Source: Oopsacas minuta
Taxonomy: Eukaryota > Animalia > Porifera
DNA: 64,000 bases
Assembly: GCA_024704765.1 (NCBI GenBank)
Contig: JAKMXF010000166.1
Location: 522,743 to 586,742, forward strand
Direction of reading: 5' to 3'
The notes under the pieces were generated by a model. It was given only the letters and a program-made list of their open reading frames with translations, had not been told where the DNA came from and did not search any database. Every line of letters starts with the position of its first letter. Position 1 is the stretch's first letter. Below are positions 24,919 through 36,099 of the stretch, piece by piece. The position numbers and the translations under genes are program-made.

Positions 24919-26346
24919 ATGAGATTATCTCATTGCCGATGTGTTCTGTTTGTTTTTAGAAATGTACCTACATTTCATATTAAAAAGGCTCATAATTCGC
25001 TTTGGTCTTACGTAGAATTCAAATTACACGACTACCTCAAATCCGATCTCCACAAAGAGGCTTTGCTATTATTCAACAGATTGAGGTTAGAATGCACCCC
25101 TATATCTCCTCCCTTACTCCAGCTTATAGTGGTACTCTACCTGGAAAAGGGTCCACAGTCTGCTGGCCTGTCTCATGTCCTATCCTACATGCGCTCCACC
25201 TCTCTACACCCCTCCTCAGGACTAGCACCTATTTTGATAAATAGAGCACTTATAAAGAGAGATCACGTAAGTCTCAAATATACGCTGGACTCCTGTTTTC
25301 AAAATAAAGTGTCTGTACGACCTTCTAGTTTCACACAAGCCATACAACACTTGTTGACTAATGTAAATGACTATGAGTGTGTATACCAGTATGTATGTGC
25401 TTATCTTGATGCTGGGAGTAATGTTGAAGAGCAATTACTCTCGAGTATTTGTGAAGAACATCTCTTCTCTCAATCACCTGCACTTGTACAGAGCATCATG
25501 TGTATCCTTACTCACTACAAGAAACAAGGTAAGTATATATGTAACAAACAAGTGTTTGAATCGTTAGCTAATAGTCTCAAACTGACTAACGAATTCACTC
25601 ACGTCAAGAGGACATATCTTATCAATGACAAATGTCAGGCATGTGGTAGCTGTATAACACAGACTACCTTCTCCCCTGATACATATTCTTCATTGGAACA
25701 AGAGGTAAGAGAAGAAATCCAGCAAATGTACATTAATCAGAGAGTAATCAACTCCCCGGAAATGTACAGGATTGACAATCAAGTAGATAAGTTAATATTA
25801 TCTATTTCTAATACCAGTGACAGAGCTATGGCAGTAGTTGTAGATTGTCTATCAGCAGCAACAGCCATTGATACAGGCTGGTCTGAAACTGTTTCTGAGA
25901 GAATTAATTGTAACACTCTCCTACAGCTTGTGGAGTCTATAGAAAGAGATTTTAATCCTTCTTGTGTAGTCCTGCTAATTAGGAGAGTCTTGCTTTGGCG
26001 TAACGAGAATGAGATAGAGATGGAGGAGCTGAGAGCACGAGCATCAGTTATCGTGATAAACAAGAACTCTATTCACTCCCTGTTCTCTCTCCTGATAGCT
26101 TTGAGACTGAAGTCACGTGCTCTGCTACTGACAGCTGATACATTCAATGATTTTAAGCTTAACTTTTCTCCTGGCCTTTATTCGGCTATAACTAGCTGGT
26201 TCTTACGTCACTCTCTTCGTTTTGACATAACAGGCATTGAACCAATTATATACAAGTCTAGTCAAACTCTCTGGCAGTTAGATTTCAGCTCGGAGGGTCT
26301 ACATGTCCCTATGCGTAGTAATGAATGGATTTGTGCCAAGAAATAA
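24919..26346 (+). CDS. PRORP: PRORP/MRPP3-like protein (mitochondrial protein-only RNase P family), probably catalytically impaired
   Basis: Basic/hydrophobic transit-like N-terminus from ATG 24919, helical PPR-like region, and Zn ligands CQAC/LHVP/WIC. NYN motifs VVVD and TADTFNDFK. About 47 aa align without gaps to human PRORP as remembered (EMEE..AS..DD..ITRD.MRDHK). Confidence 0.8.
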   Translation: MRLSHCRCVLFVFRNVPTFHIKKAHNSLWSYVEFKLHDYLKSDLHKEALLLFNRLRLECTPISPPLLQLIVVLYLEKGPQSAGLSHVLSYMRSTSLHPSSGLAPILINRALIKRDHVSLKYTLDSCFQNKVSVRPSSFTQAIQHLLTNVNDYECVYQYVCAYLDAGSNVEEQLLSSICEEHLFSQSPALVQSIMCILTHYKKQGKYICNKQVFESLANSLKLTNEFTHVKRTYLINDKCQACGSCITQTTFSPDTYSSLEQEVREEIQQMYINQRVINSPEMYRIDNQVDKLILSISNTSDRAMAVVVDCLSAATAIDTGWSETVSERINCNTLLQLVESIERDFNPSCVVLLIRRVLLWRNENEIEMEELRARASVIVINKNSIHSLFSLLIALRLKSRALLLTADTFNDFKLNFSPGLYSAITSWFLRHSLRFDITGIEPIIYKSSQTLWQLDFSSEGLHVPMRSNEWICAKK

Positions 26347-27945
26347 TATTACTATAGTATCAGAAGAAAGCGGCTACGTCTCTTACTCTTTTGTTGTTTC
26401 TACTTAGGATGTCAACGACCATGTCCTGATTGTATAATGTATATTATTATATTAAATGAATGCTATAATTATACGCATTGATTAAACTGATTTCAACTCA
26501 TTATTAATTCCTGTCAATAATTTGAATATTCAATTAGGAAATCAATATTAAACACTTAACTGACTTAAGCACAGTCTGTAGCACTTAAATTAAATTGTTT
26601 ATGAGCTATATGAGAGCAGGAGACCCAACAAGTTATATATTGAATTCATTTAGCAATACGTCAGTTCTTCTCAACCTTTATTCCCCCGCGGACCTATGTT
26701 CAGTTTTAAGGGGTCTGCAGACTACTGTAATACGTAATTTCTTAATTATATTAACTCTTCTATTGTGCGTATTCCATGTTTTACATTTTATTAATCGTTT
26801 TAAAAATACAGTATTAGAGTGACAACAATCATTTCGCTGTTGTCTAAGTGCACTCAATACTTACGATAGGGGTATGAAGGTTCAAATTTTGTAAATATTG
26901 AAATTACTAGGCTCGGGGCTTTATCCACCACAAGTAAAACTCAATCCCCAAATTCATATATCTTATATTGAGTAGCTGCAACATGGTTCTGATGATGACC
27001 TGTTTCGAATATGATGTATGTACGTATGATAAGTAGGCTCTAACTTACGAGCTTAGTTTGTTCTTTTCAGATTTGGTGTTGTAGGTTGTAATTCGTAAAT
27101 TTCAGGGAAATTGGTTTTTATCATACTTGCTTGTCCTAGCATTGTATTTCATAATATGCAGAAATAGAATTCTGCATATTACCACCACCAATAGACTTAC
27201 ATTTGTTTTGATATTTAATAACATGCATCTATTGGTAATTCCAACCGTAATGCTGGTATTTTCGCGCGTCTCATTTATTCTGATGTGAAATTTTCACACC
27301 TAGCACATTTTGGTGATTTATAATAATACTCTCACCTCTTTCAATGTAACAATAACACATGCTAGAGATAAGGTTAGACAGACACTTTGCCCGCCCTGCG
27401 TAGGCATGGAGTCAAAGCCCTTGGCTTAGGTGAGAAAATTTGATTAATTAAATACAAATTAAATACAGACAGTATTCTAATGTCAAAAACTGGGAATAAT
27501 ACCAGCGGAACGCCGGTATTTTCCCAGTTTGAAAATTGAATCTATGAATTAGCCCAGTTTCAGTGACAAATATCAACAATAAATTTTTTAATAAAATTCT
27601 AACACAATGAAAATAAAATTTGGGCAAAGTTCCTAGGGAAATTAAGATAAAAGTCCCAATTAGGGCTAGTAGGAAAAAATCGGGCCGATTTCATTTTACA
27701 TTTCTTTGTAATACATAGCAGAGACGAAGTATCTGCATTTTCTATTAGGTGAACACTGCCGGGAAAATGTGTGATTTTATGACGCCAAATGGTGATAAAA
27801 TCTCGTTTTTGGTGAGGGAATTGGTTAAAAAGAAGTAAAATTTTAGTATTCCTTTTCATTACGAGCTTAACACTCCGACCGTAATCGGTTAATGATTGAA
27901 AGGGCTAGAAGATGAACAATAAAAGGCTCAAGTCCAAGTCAGGAC

Positions 27946-28089
27946 TTAATACGAATCTCCGGATAAGACGAAAAAAATTCCATAAATATCAGGTGCCTAC
28001 AATTGGAATTACTCAGGTTAATACTAACTCCGGATAAGGCAAACAAAATTTGACCTTCCGTTGGTGTTCGTATTAACAAGGATCCACTG
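27946..28089. mobile_element. pogo/Tigger-type MITE remnant (right TIR retained)
   Basis: Ends GTTCGTATTAACAAGGATCCACTG|TA. Internal TCCGGATAAG repeats are related to the 40079/41370 family. Confidence 0.55.
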
Positions 28090-28093
28090 TATG

Positions 28094-28305
28094 TTTACAA
28101 AGTATGAATCATCTATTATTGCATAGGATTAAGGTGACCTGTAAGTGATTTCGAAAAAAATTGAAATGTTGTTGGAATTTTGACAGATACCTTCGCATAG
28201 CAACGAAGAAATGTGTCAAAATTCCAGCAACACTTCAATTTTTTTCGAAATCACTTACAGGTCACCTTAACCCTATGCAATAATAGATGATTCATACTTT
28301 GTAAA
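28094..28305. repeat. Long inverted repeat: two 92-bp arms (3 mismatches) around a 28-nt loop
   Basis: 28094-28185 is the reverse complement of 28214-28305. The inner part, TTAA|GGTGACC..GGTCACC|TTAA (28133-28266), looks like a Kolobok-type MITE. Confidence 0.9.
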
Positions 28306-28977
28306 GCATAATTTCAAACGGGCTCGAAATATCTCCATAGTCCAAAAAAGGATAACACGGAATTAATTGATCACATATCATAAATGTGAGAAGCCATACG
28401 TATGCTTTACTACCCTGTTGATATGTATTGGTAATACATTTCTAGTTTGTAACTTACACAGTTACTGTGCTAAGCATTAGTCACCTCAAAACTATAATAC
28501 AGTCATTCTATGAATTTCATGCTATACATGGTTATAAAGGAATTGAGCCAGCAATGAGTTATGACGAAAATCCCCACATAAATACACTTTTCAAAAGATT
28601 TCCTTGCATTTAAACACAAAAAGTAAGGAAAAATTCCAAAGTAAAACAGAATTATGGCAGATCAAATTAGGCACATACGAATGTTAGCGTGATGAGAGTG
28701 TCACGTCCGTGAATGTACGAGTCCGTGATTGCTATTATCAAAACACGTATATTGATATTTAGGAGTTACGAAATAATCATACATCTGTGCAATTTTATAG
28801 TTAAGCACCTTCCAAGTACTTCATAGATATTCTTTTAAGAAGGGACGTATCTGCTGAATGACAACTTGGCTACAGTGGATAAGAATCGACGAGGAATAAA
28901 GATGTACCTAAATACAAAGTGCAACATAATATAACAACTATATATACACAAATAATCATTATATATATTCCGTTAGT

Positions 28978-30638
28978 TTATAAACATTTTCTAAGAATAA
29001 TTTCAGGACCGTATTCATCATAGCTATATTTAGTAAGACAAATCTTATCAAAAGCATCAGAAGAAGCTAACATAGATCCTCCAATCCATGCACTGTATTT
29101 CCTATCAGGAGCTGCTCTTATCTTTATTGATTTGATATTAGGAGTGAGTACAGAAAGCTCAGTGTATAATCTCTCTTCTATTCCAGGGAACATCGTATTA
29201 CCTCCTGCTAACACTATATTAGTGTATAAATGGTGATGAATATCTGTATCACTCTTCAGGATTGATTTGTTAATATCAACATGGATACCATCGTGTACTG
29301 ATCCAATGAGGGAAGGATTGAATAAAGCTTCCGGACATCTTAAGCACTCCTCCCTGATAGCAATCTCTTGTCCATCTGGTAGCGCGTACATCACAGGCAG
29401 AAGCTCTTCTGTGGTAAAACTCTAATCAAAATAACAGAATTAAGACGTCATCATATTTCCTGTTATTTCAGAATACCATAACAGATAATAGAAACGAGCA
29501 TCAAGCAAATTTCCAGCAAATGCATTTAATTGCTATTCACTACAAATTCGAAAAAACTTTCTGTAATCAGTACCACATCCACATGTTATACAATAATCAC
29601 ATCATTTGATATGGTGGTCACGAAGAAGTTTCAACTAGGAACTGGCTAAGTAACTCAATAGCCAATTAGTGAATTTTAATATGTTGCAATAATATATAAT
29701 TGGTAAATTTCGACCCGAATAAATGTATTATAACTATTATCGATATTTAACTATGTGGACAATCTATATCTACCAACCAGAGGGGCCAGATGGATACAAT
29801 TCAAAATCCAAATCCATCCAAACTCAATGGATTTATGGATTTTGGCCGGGCCGTGGAGAATATTAACCTGGGGAGCGATCACGTATTGATGCAATTTCAA
29901 TGATATTCTATTTTACCTTACCTTATCTTTATGATTGTTTGGATCATTCTCCACTCTCATTCTGCTGACAAATGCCAGTTTTTCCTTGATGTCATTGACA
30001 ATATTAGCGTTACGCTCATATCGCATATTGTACCCTGTATCAGTTAGTAGTTTAGCGAGATATTCAGCTAGTACTCGTCCTCCGATTTCAAATAGTACAA
30101 CACTGTGCTTCAGCACATGTCCCTTGTATATGGGTACTATGTGTGATGAGTCCTTACCTGAATCTACTACAAGTCCTGTGGTGTAACCTTTAGAGTATAA
30201 AGAGAGGACCTGATTATTAGATATGTATAAAGCCGGCGTGTTGAATGTCTCAAACATGATCTGTAACATCTTCTCACGATACACCTTAGGATTTAGAGGA
30301 GTCTCAGTGAGTAAGATAGGGTGTTCTTCTGGAGCAACACGTAACTCGTTATAGAATGTGTGATTCCATAACTTCTCCATGTCATCCCAGTTTGTTACAA
30401 TTCCATGTTCAATCGGGTACTTGAGGCTTAGAATACCTCTCTTGTTTATAGCTTCTTGTCCTGCAAAGGAGGACATCTGTTCCATCCCCACAAATAGAAC
30501 CCGCATTCTGGGCCTACCAATAGTGGAGGGAAATTCAGCACGAGGCGTGTATTCTCCTGCAAAACCTGCTTTACACGTGTCGGAACCATTGTCTACCACG
30601 ATTGGAGTTGAATTATACTCATCTAACTTATCTCCCAT
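28978..30638 (-). CDS. Divergent actin, 2 exons (30638-29922, 29421-28978; 386 aa)
   Basis: Motifs [51 protein letters not shown] and a C-terminal RKCL. A phase-0 GT-AG intron at 29921-29422 joins the two ORFs in frame. Confidence 0.9.
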
Positions 30639-32751
30639 TTCTACATCTATTACACTGGTCAACGTTTACCACTATGGAATTTCTTCTTATCTGAATCCGA
30701 ACTTTTCCTAGCAATATTTCTATACTGATTCCGAAATGAAATCCAATTTACTCCAACACGTCACAATTTGATAATATTCAACATGAAAAACTACAAAATG
30801 GATAATATTTGTAAACATTTTCCTTTATACGAAAGGATTTATCCACAACTTGTATGAATATTCAAATTCTAATATATTTGTAATCCATTGTAACGAGTGT
30901 AGCTCTGTGTAGACCAAACTGGTTATTCGGAGGCCAAAAATAAACTTTAATGATATTTTGTTGTCTCTAAATGTGAAATTATAGATTTCCTCTGCCAAAA
31001 AATGACCAGTTTCACCTGAATAAACCTCTTACCAGTTTAAAATAAAATATGAACCTGTTATTATTCAAAATTTACAACAGTTTCCCATAAGTACCTCAGT
31101 ATTCGGTAAAGATTTCTGATATTTTAGCAATTTTGTCATTTTCAAGTCACATGTCATCAAATTGCGAAGTGATGGAGCCACACGGGTTCTATATTCGGAA
31201 TCAGCATGGTTGGTAACACAACATCAAAACTCTATTCAACACAGAAGGAAATCAGTGTTGAAAAGTGTAATCAATATAACCCAGTCGAATCCACAAGTGT
31301 AAGTTAGTGTTGTCGTTGGAGGGTTTTAACGCGAACAAATTGTTATATAAACATATTTGATACTGTTGGGTGTCTAATTTTATGTTCTACCTTCTACAAC
31401 ATATCCAAAATCCGCAAAACTCGCTATGGAGACACTTTTTTGAGGAATTTGTAAAGTCATCAGATATCACTAGAGAAGGTGTAAAAATTGGAACTTCTAT
31501 GATTGAAGTCCGATCACATTATTATAGTTTTTTTCGGAAAGAAATATGTGAAAAATAGCAAGGGAGTTAACAAGGCGCGGGGACCGTTACAGTAAATTCA
31601 AGTTAAGAGATTATTTAGAGAGCTTATATGTACATAACTAGATTCAATTTGTCGAGTGACGTCAAACAAGGGTTCACTCGATAGGGTTGGATAGGACCAG
31701 AGAAATTTCCCCAAAGCGGATTTTTTATATGTTATAGAGCATAAAATTCTACGCCCAACAGCATCACATATGTTTATGTAACAATTTGTTCATGGAAAGG
31801 CCTTTTTCGGCTCCCACGACTCCACTAGCTAAAAGTAAGTTTAACTTAGAATTATTAGGAAACTAATTGTTTTTGCTTGGTGGGGAAAGAGACTGATTTA
31901 TCATATGATTAATCATATTTTACACTAAATCATGCTAGAGAATTTGTTTTAACTGCTAGTAAGGGGTAATGAGTATGTAGATTTTATATTGACATTTTCA
32001 AATCTATATTTACAATATCTATCATATTTTCACACCTTTTACATATATTTCAAATTGATGCTAGATATTCGTTTTAAAGTTAGACAGGGGATAATGTAGG
32101 ATAATTATTCCGAATTTTACCCATAGGATTTGAGGATAGAATATGAAATTCATTAGGAGACGAATAATATTGAATATCCTGAAATATTTCTCGGATCCAG
32201 GAGCCCAAAATCAGTCGGGTCCGGTGCATTGCGGCATTTACATGGGGGTCAGGGGGTTGTGCCCCCCATGAAAATAATTACATAGCCCTGAGTGCACTAC
32301 AAGTCTGTCGGCTGGACCTTATTAAAAATAATTTTAACGAAAAAGAGCAAATGTTATTATTTATATGTGAAGGGCAATATGACTGCGCATATCATATTAC
32401 GTAAATTATTTATAAGATAAGGTGGTTATCGCTTATAAGAACATCCTTGCGTAAAGCAACAATATTTACTGATAATTATAAGTCTTATTTGCAAACCCAC
32501 TGTAGTTAAATTTATGACTGTGTAAGGATGATATTCGTACTATTATTGTTCAAACATGCTCTGCCCCTATGGCCTTTTCTGTTACAAATCTCCCCTCCCT
32601 TTTCCAAGAACATACGAGTATGTTATGTTGCTATTGGTTTGTACATTATGATGGCCGCGTGTAAATTATATTACTTTAATTAACCTGGAAATGTAGGATA
32701 TATTATATGATTATAATCTATACTATCAAAACGTAATTAATCTGTATGTAT

Positions 32752-33160
32752 ATATATATTATTAAATCTCAATTGCTGTCTGTTTGTTTGTTTGTTTGTT
32801 TGTTTGTCCGTTGTCAAGGAAAGGATTTACGGTATGCAATTTTGAAATTGTAGCATAACTATGTATTTATTGTGTTTATCAAGGAAGTAAATAGAATTCA
32901 ATAAAACTTCACTAAATATATCGAACATGCTGAATCCGATTTTCACACTTTTGGATTAATCATATGTAAATTTATTGTTGTTTTTATGATTATAAAGTAA
33001 ACAAATTAGCCAAATCTCAAAATATACGTACAGGCTTGCTCTAAACGGCTACCCAGGGGTAAGTAAGTACGCTGAATCTGAATTTCGCATTTCAAGTTTC
33101 TCTTATGTTAATTCTTTTGTTATTTTATGAATATAAAGTAAACAAATTATTGAAATATTA
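32752..33160 (+). mobile_element. Helitron copy lacking the 3' end, with (TTTG)n and an internal duplicated segment
   Basis: TATATTATTAAATCTCAATTGCTGTCTG(TTTG)n..GTCAAGGA. The segment ..TATAAAGTAAACAAATTA.. occurs twice. Confidence 0.7.
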
Positions 33161-33699
33161 ATGTATTAATTCAATTAATGAGCCTACCACATTATCGCAT
33201 CTCTTTACTCCCTGCATATATTATTTATATATTGTCATAGACTAGTACAGAAGAATCTCCCAAATAAGGGAATCCAAGAAGCATTAATTAGCTAGACTCA
33301 ACACTCCACTTTGGCAAATACCTCACTTCTTACTCTCATATTTTACAACTTTTTTCGTTAATTAAATGAATTATGTCCGAGTTAATGTAAGAAAAAAAAT
33401 TTGGACCAATCTTGCTTCTTACAGTATGATTACCCAACATCGAGGAATGTGTATTAATTTTAGGTTACACAATCATTAAAAATTTGAATTTTGTCTGGAG
33501 CTTAAAGAAATTATCGATTTATTCCTAATTCTACTGCAAATCAATCACAAGTTGGACGCCATTCCATCGTTTGTACAACTTTCGGAAGCATGGGCTTCCA
33601 GATTCTATAGTATTCTTTCAATGCATTTCGTTAGTCCGGGCAACATATTAATCCCGCTTAATCGGGTGTGTATATGATAGAGTAACAAGTGAAAGGAAA

Positions 33700-34047
33700 T
33701 CTATATTATTAAATTGCATTTTTGCCTGCTTGTCTGTCAGTCTGTCTGCTTGTTCGTCGTCAAGGAGAATATATACGAAATGCTATATTGATTTCAAATT
33801 TTCGCAATTTAAGTCGCATAAATATGCATTTATCATGTTTACCAAGAAAGTAAACAGAATTCGATAATTGACATCTTAAAATAATCATATGAACTTATAG
33901 ATAGGGATAATCAGGTACGCTGAATCCAAATTTTACATATAAGAATGTGTTCAATGTTTATTTTATGAATAATTCGAAGCATGAAGTGCCGAGTTTCGTG
34001 TGAACATGTTCGCAAGCCGCGCAGCACAGACAAGCGAAGGGCGCTCG
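33700..34047 (+). mobile_element. Complete 348-bp non-autonomous Helitron (CTCG end variant)
   Basis: A|TCTATATTATTAAATTGC ... TTCGCAAGCCGCG..CAAGCGAAGGGCGCTCG|T. Inserted between A and T with no TSD. Confidence 0.75.
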
Positions 34048-34154
34048 TATATTATAATACATAAGCCTTAAGGTTAAGATATAATCTTCCCAAATAGTTT
34101 ACAACTTCTATGTATTTATTACTATAGTACATGAGTTTTAATTGTGTGCCTTTT

Positions 34155-34655
34155 TCACTCATTCAATCCAAGCCATTTTTCTATCGATAGCGCTAATTTC
34201 TTAACTTCTTCCTGATTACAATGAATTCCATATTTTGTAAGCGGTAAAGGATATCCATTCTGTAGATTGAGCCTGATGATATACCCAGTGCCTGAGTAGC
34301 GAGATTTGTCTTCCTCGAGGGTAACAGATTCTACTTCATTCATAGATGCTGCCATATAGTCTAGATTACCGCCTAAAAGGTAGGAGAATAAAGTATCATG
34401 ATAAATTCGTATTTTATTATGTTTCTTTTCGAGCAAAACTTCATCAAATGAGTCAAATACCGTATAACCACAACAGAACCCCAACAGGACAACTGATGCT
34501 TTAAAATAGTAACTTTCTACCCAGAATGAAAAGTATACACCTATTGCCGCTCCGATGTAAAGCATAACCCAAGATGTCCAGGTAGCATCTCTCCTCAGCT
34601 GCAATAAGTCTGGAGTGAAAGATAACACACGCATGTATGGTTTTTTGGAGGACAT
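34155..34655 (-). CDS. CYBC1: Cytochrome b-245 chaperone 1 (EROS, C17orf62)
   Basis: YMRV..LQLRR..SW, two TM helices, and EEDKSRYSGTGY..L.L..G...PLT match CYBC1. Single exon, 166 aa. Confidence 0.85.
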   Translation of the reverse strand: MSSKKPYMRVLSFTPDLLQLRRDATWTSWVMLYIGAAIGVYFSFWVESYYFKASVVLLGFCCGYTVFDSFDEVLLEKKHNKIRIYHDTLFSYLLGGNLDYMAASMNEVESVTLEEDKSRYSGTGYIIRLNLQNGYPLPLTKYGIHCNQEEVKKLALSIEKWLGLNE

Positions 34656-34914
34656 TCTTCTTTCAGACGTATAGCTAATTTAGTAACAGCAAGAAACAAT
34701 GTATTAAATAGTTAAAAGCTATGGTGCTAGTACATACGGGATCTTTCAAAGTATGAGAATTGTAGTATCATACTACACCTATAAATCAAATAAGATTTGT
34801 GTATGTATTAATTAAATTCCAAATTAATGTGATTTTTATGTATAACCAATACTTATTGAAGTTCCAAAATGATCGACAGGAAGTATTGAAATTACGTATT
34901 TGTTATTTTGTGAA

Positions 34915-35375
34915 TCTATATTATTAAATTGCTATTGCTGTCTATTTGACTGTTTATCTGTTGTCAAGGAAATGATTTAGGGAATGTTGTATCGTATTTG
35001 AATTTATCAATTCTGAGATGTCGAAAAACTATGAATTATCGTCTTTATCAAAAAAGTGAACAGGATTCAATAAAACTTGAGTAAATATACTGAATATGCT
35101 AAATCCGATTTTCACACTTTGAATTAATCATATGTAAATATATTCGTTGATTTTATTAATATATAAAGTAAACGAATAGTTAAAATCTCAAAATAATCTT
35201 AGACTTGCTCTTAACTTATACATGGTGGGTATTTGAGTACTCTGATTCAGAATTTCGTTATTTCAAGGTATGTGTGAATAATAGTTCTTATAAACATTCG
35301 AGGTACGAAGTGCCAAGTTACATGCGAACACAGAGTGCTCGCAAGCCGCGAAACGTGAACAAGCGAAACTGCTCG
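34915..35375 (+). mobile_element. Complete 461-bp non-autonomous Helitron (CTCG end variant)
   Basis: A|TCTATATTATTAAATTGC ... CTCGCAAGCCGCG..CAAGCGAAACTGCTCG|T. Confidence 0.75.
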
Positions 35376-36099
35376 TATGAAACCTATAATCAAATTTTAA
35401 ATTATAGTAGCGTCGCGTCTCGCGAATGCGTCACGAAGCGACGGGCCAAATGCTTGTTAAAGAAATGTTAAACTCAAATCTGAGTCATCCTAGTCTTCCT
35501 ACATAACAATGGTCAATCTTAAATCTATACAACTTACATACTTAAATATAGAAACTAACGAATGTTGCTTCGTTTAGTGTGAAGAGTTGATACCTAGAAT
35601 TTTCAAATCAAGTACTTCTGCATATAAACATTATCTAAAGACAATTTTCTTTGAAGCCACCTTTGGAACTACAGTTTTGGAAATATTGGAAATTGAATTA
35701 ATATATTCTGTTCCCAAGAATCCTGTCTTATATCAACCCCTAATAATGGAAGAATGCAATATGTAGTAAGATATCATCGAGGAAATATATTTATGTATTT
35801 GAATATGTAAACTCAAAGATATGTTTGGAAGTGTAAAGGTAGTTTCAAAACTACTTTAGTAGGTTCTGATATTGTGCATAATATCAATTCAGTGGCTTCG
35901 AATGAATTCTTTATTGTATTTTATACATTTAGAATAACGGAAATTTAAGAAGAAACCCAAAGTATAAACCAGATTCCTTTTGATTCTACTTTTGAGAGAT
36001 AATTAATTAATAATAACGAGCCTTGGGCTCATCGCTTTACTTAACACTATGTTTAGAGAATTTTCCCAATAAATATTTTTATTAGTATTATATATTGTG

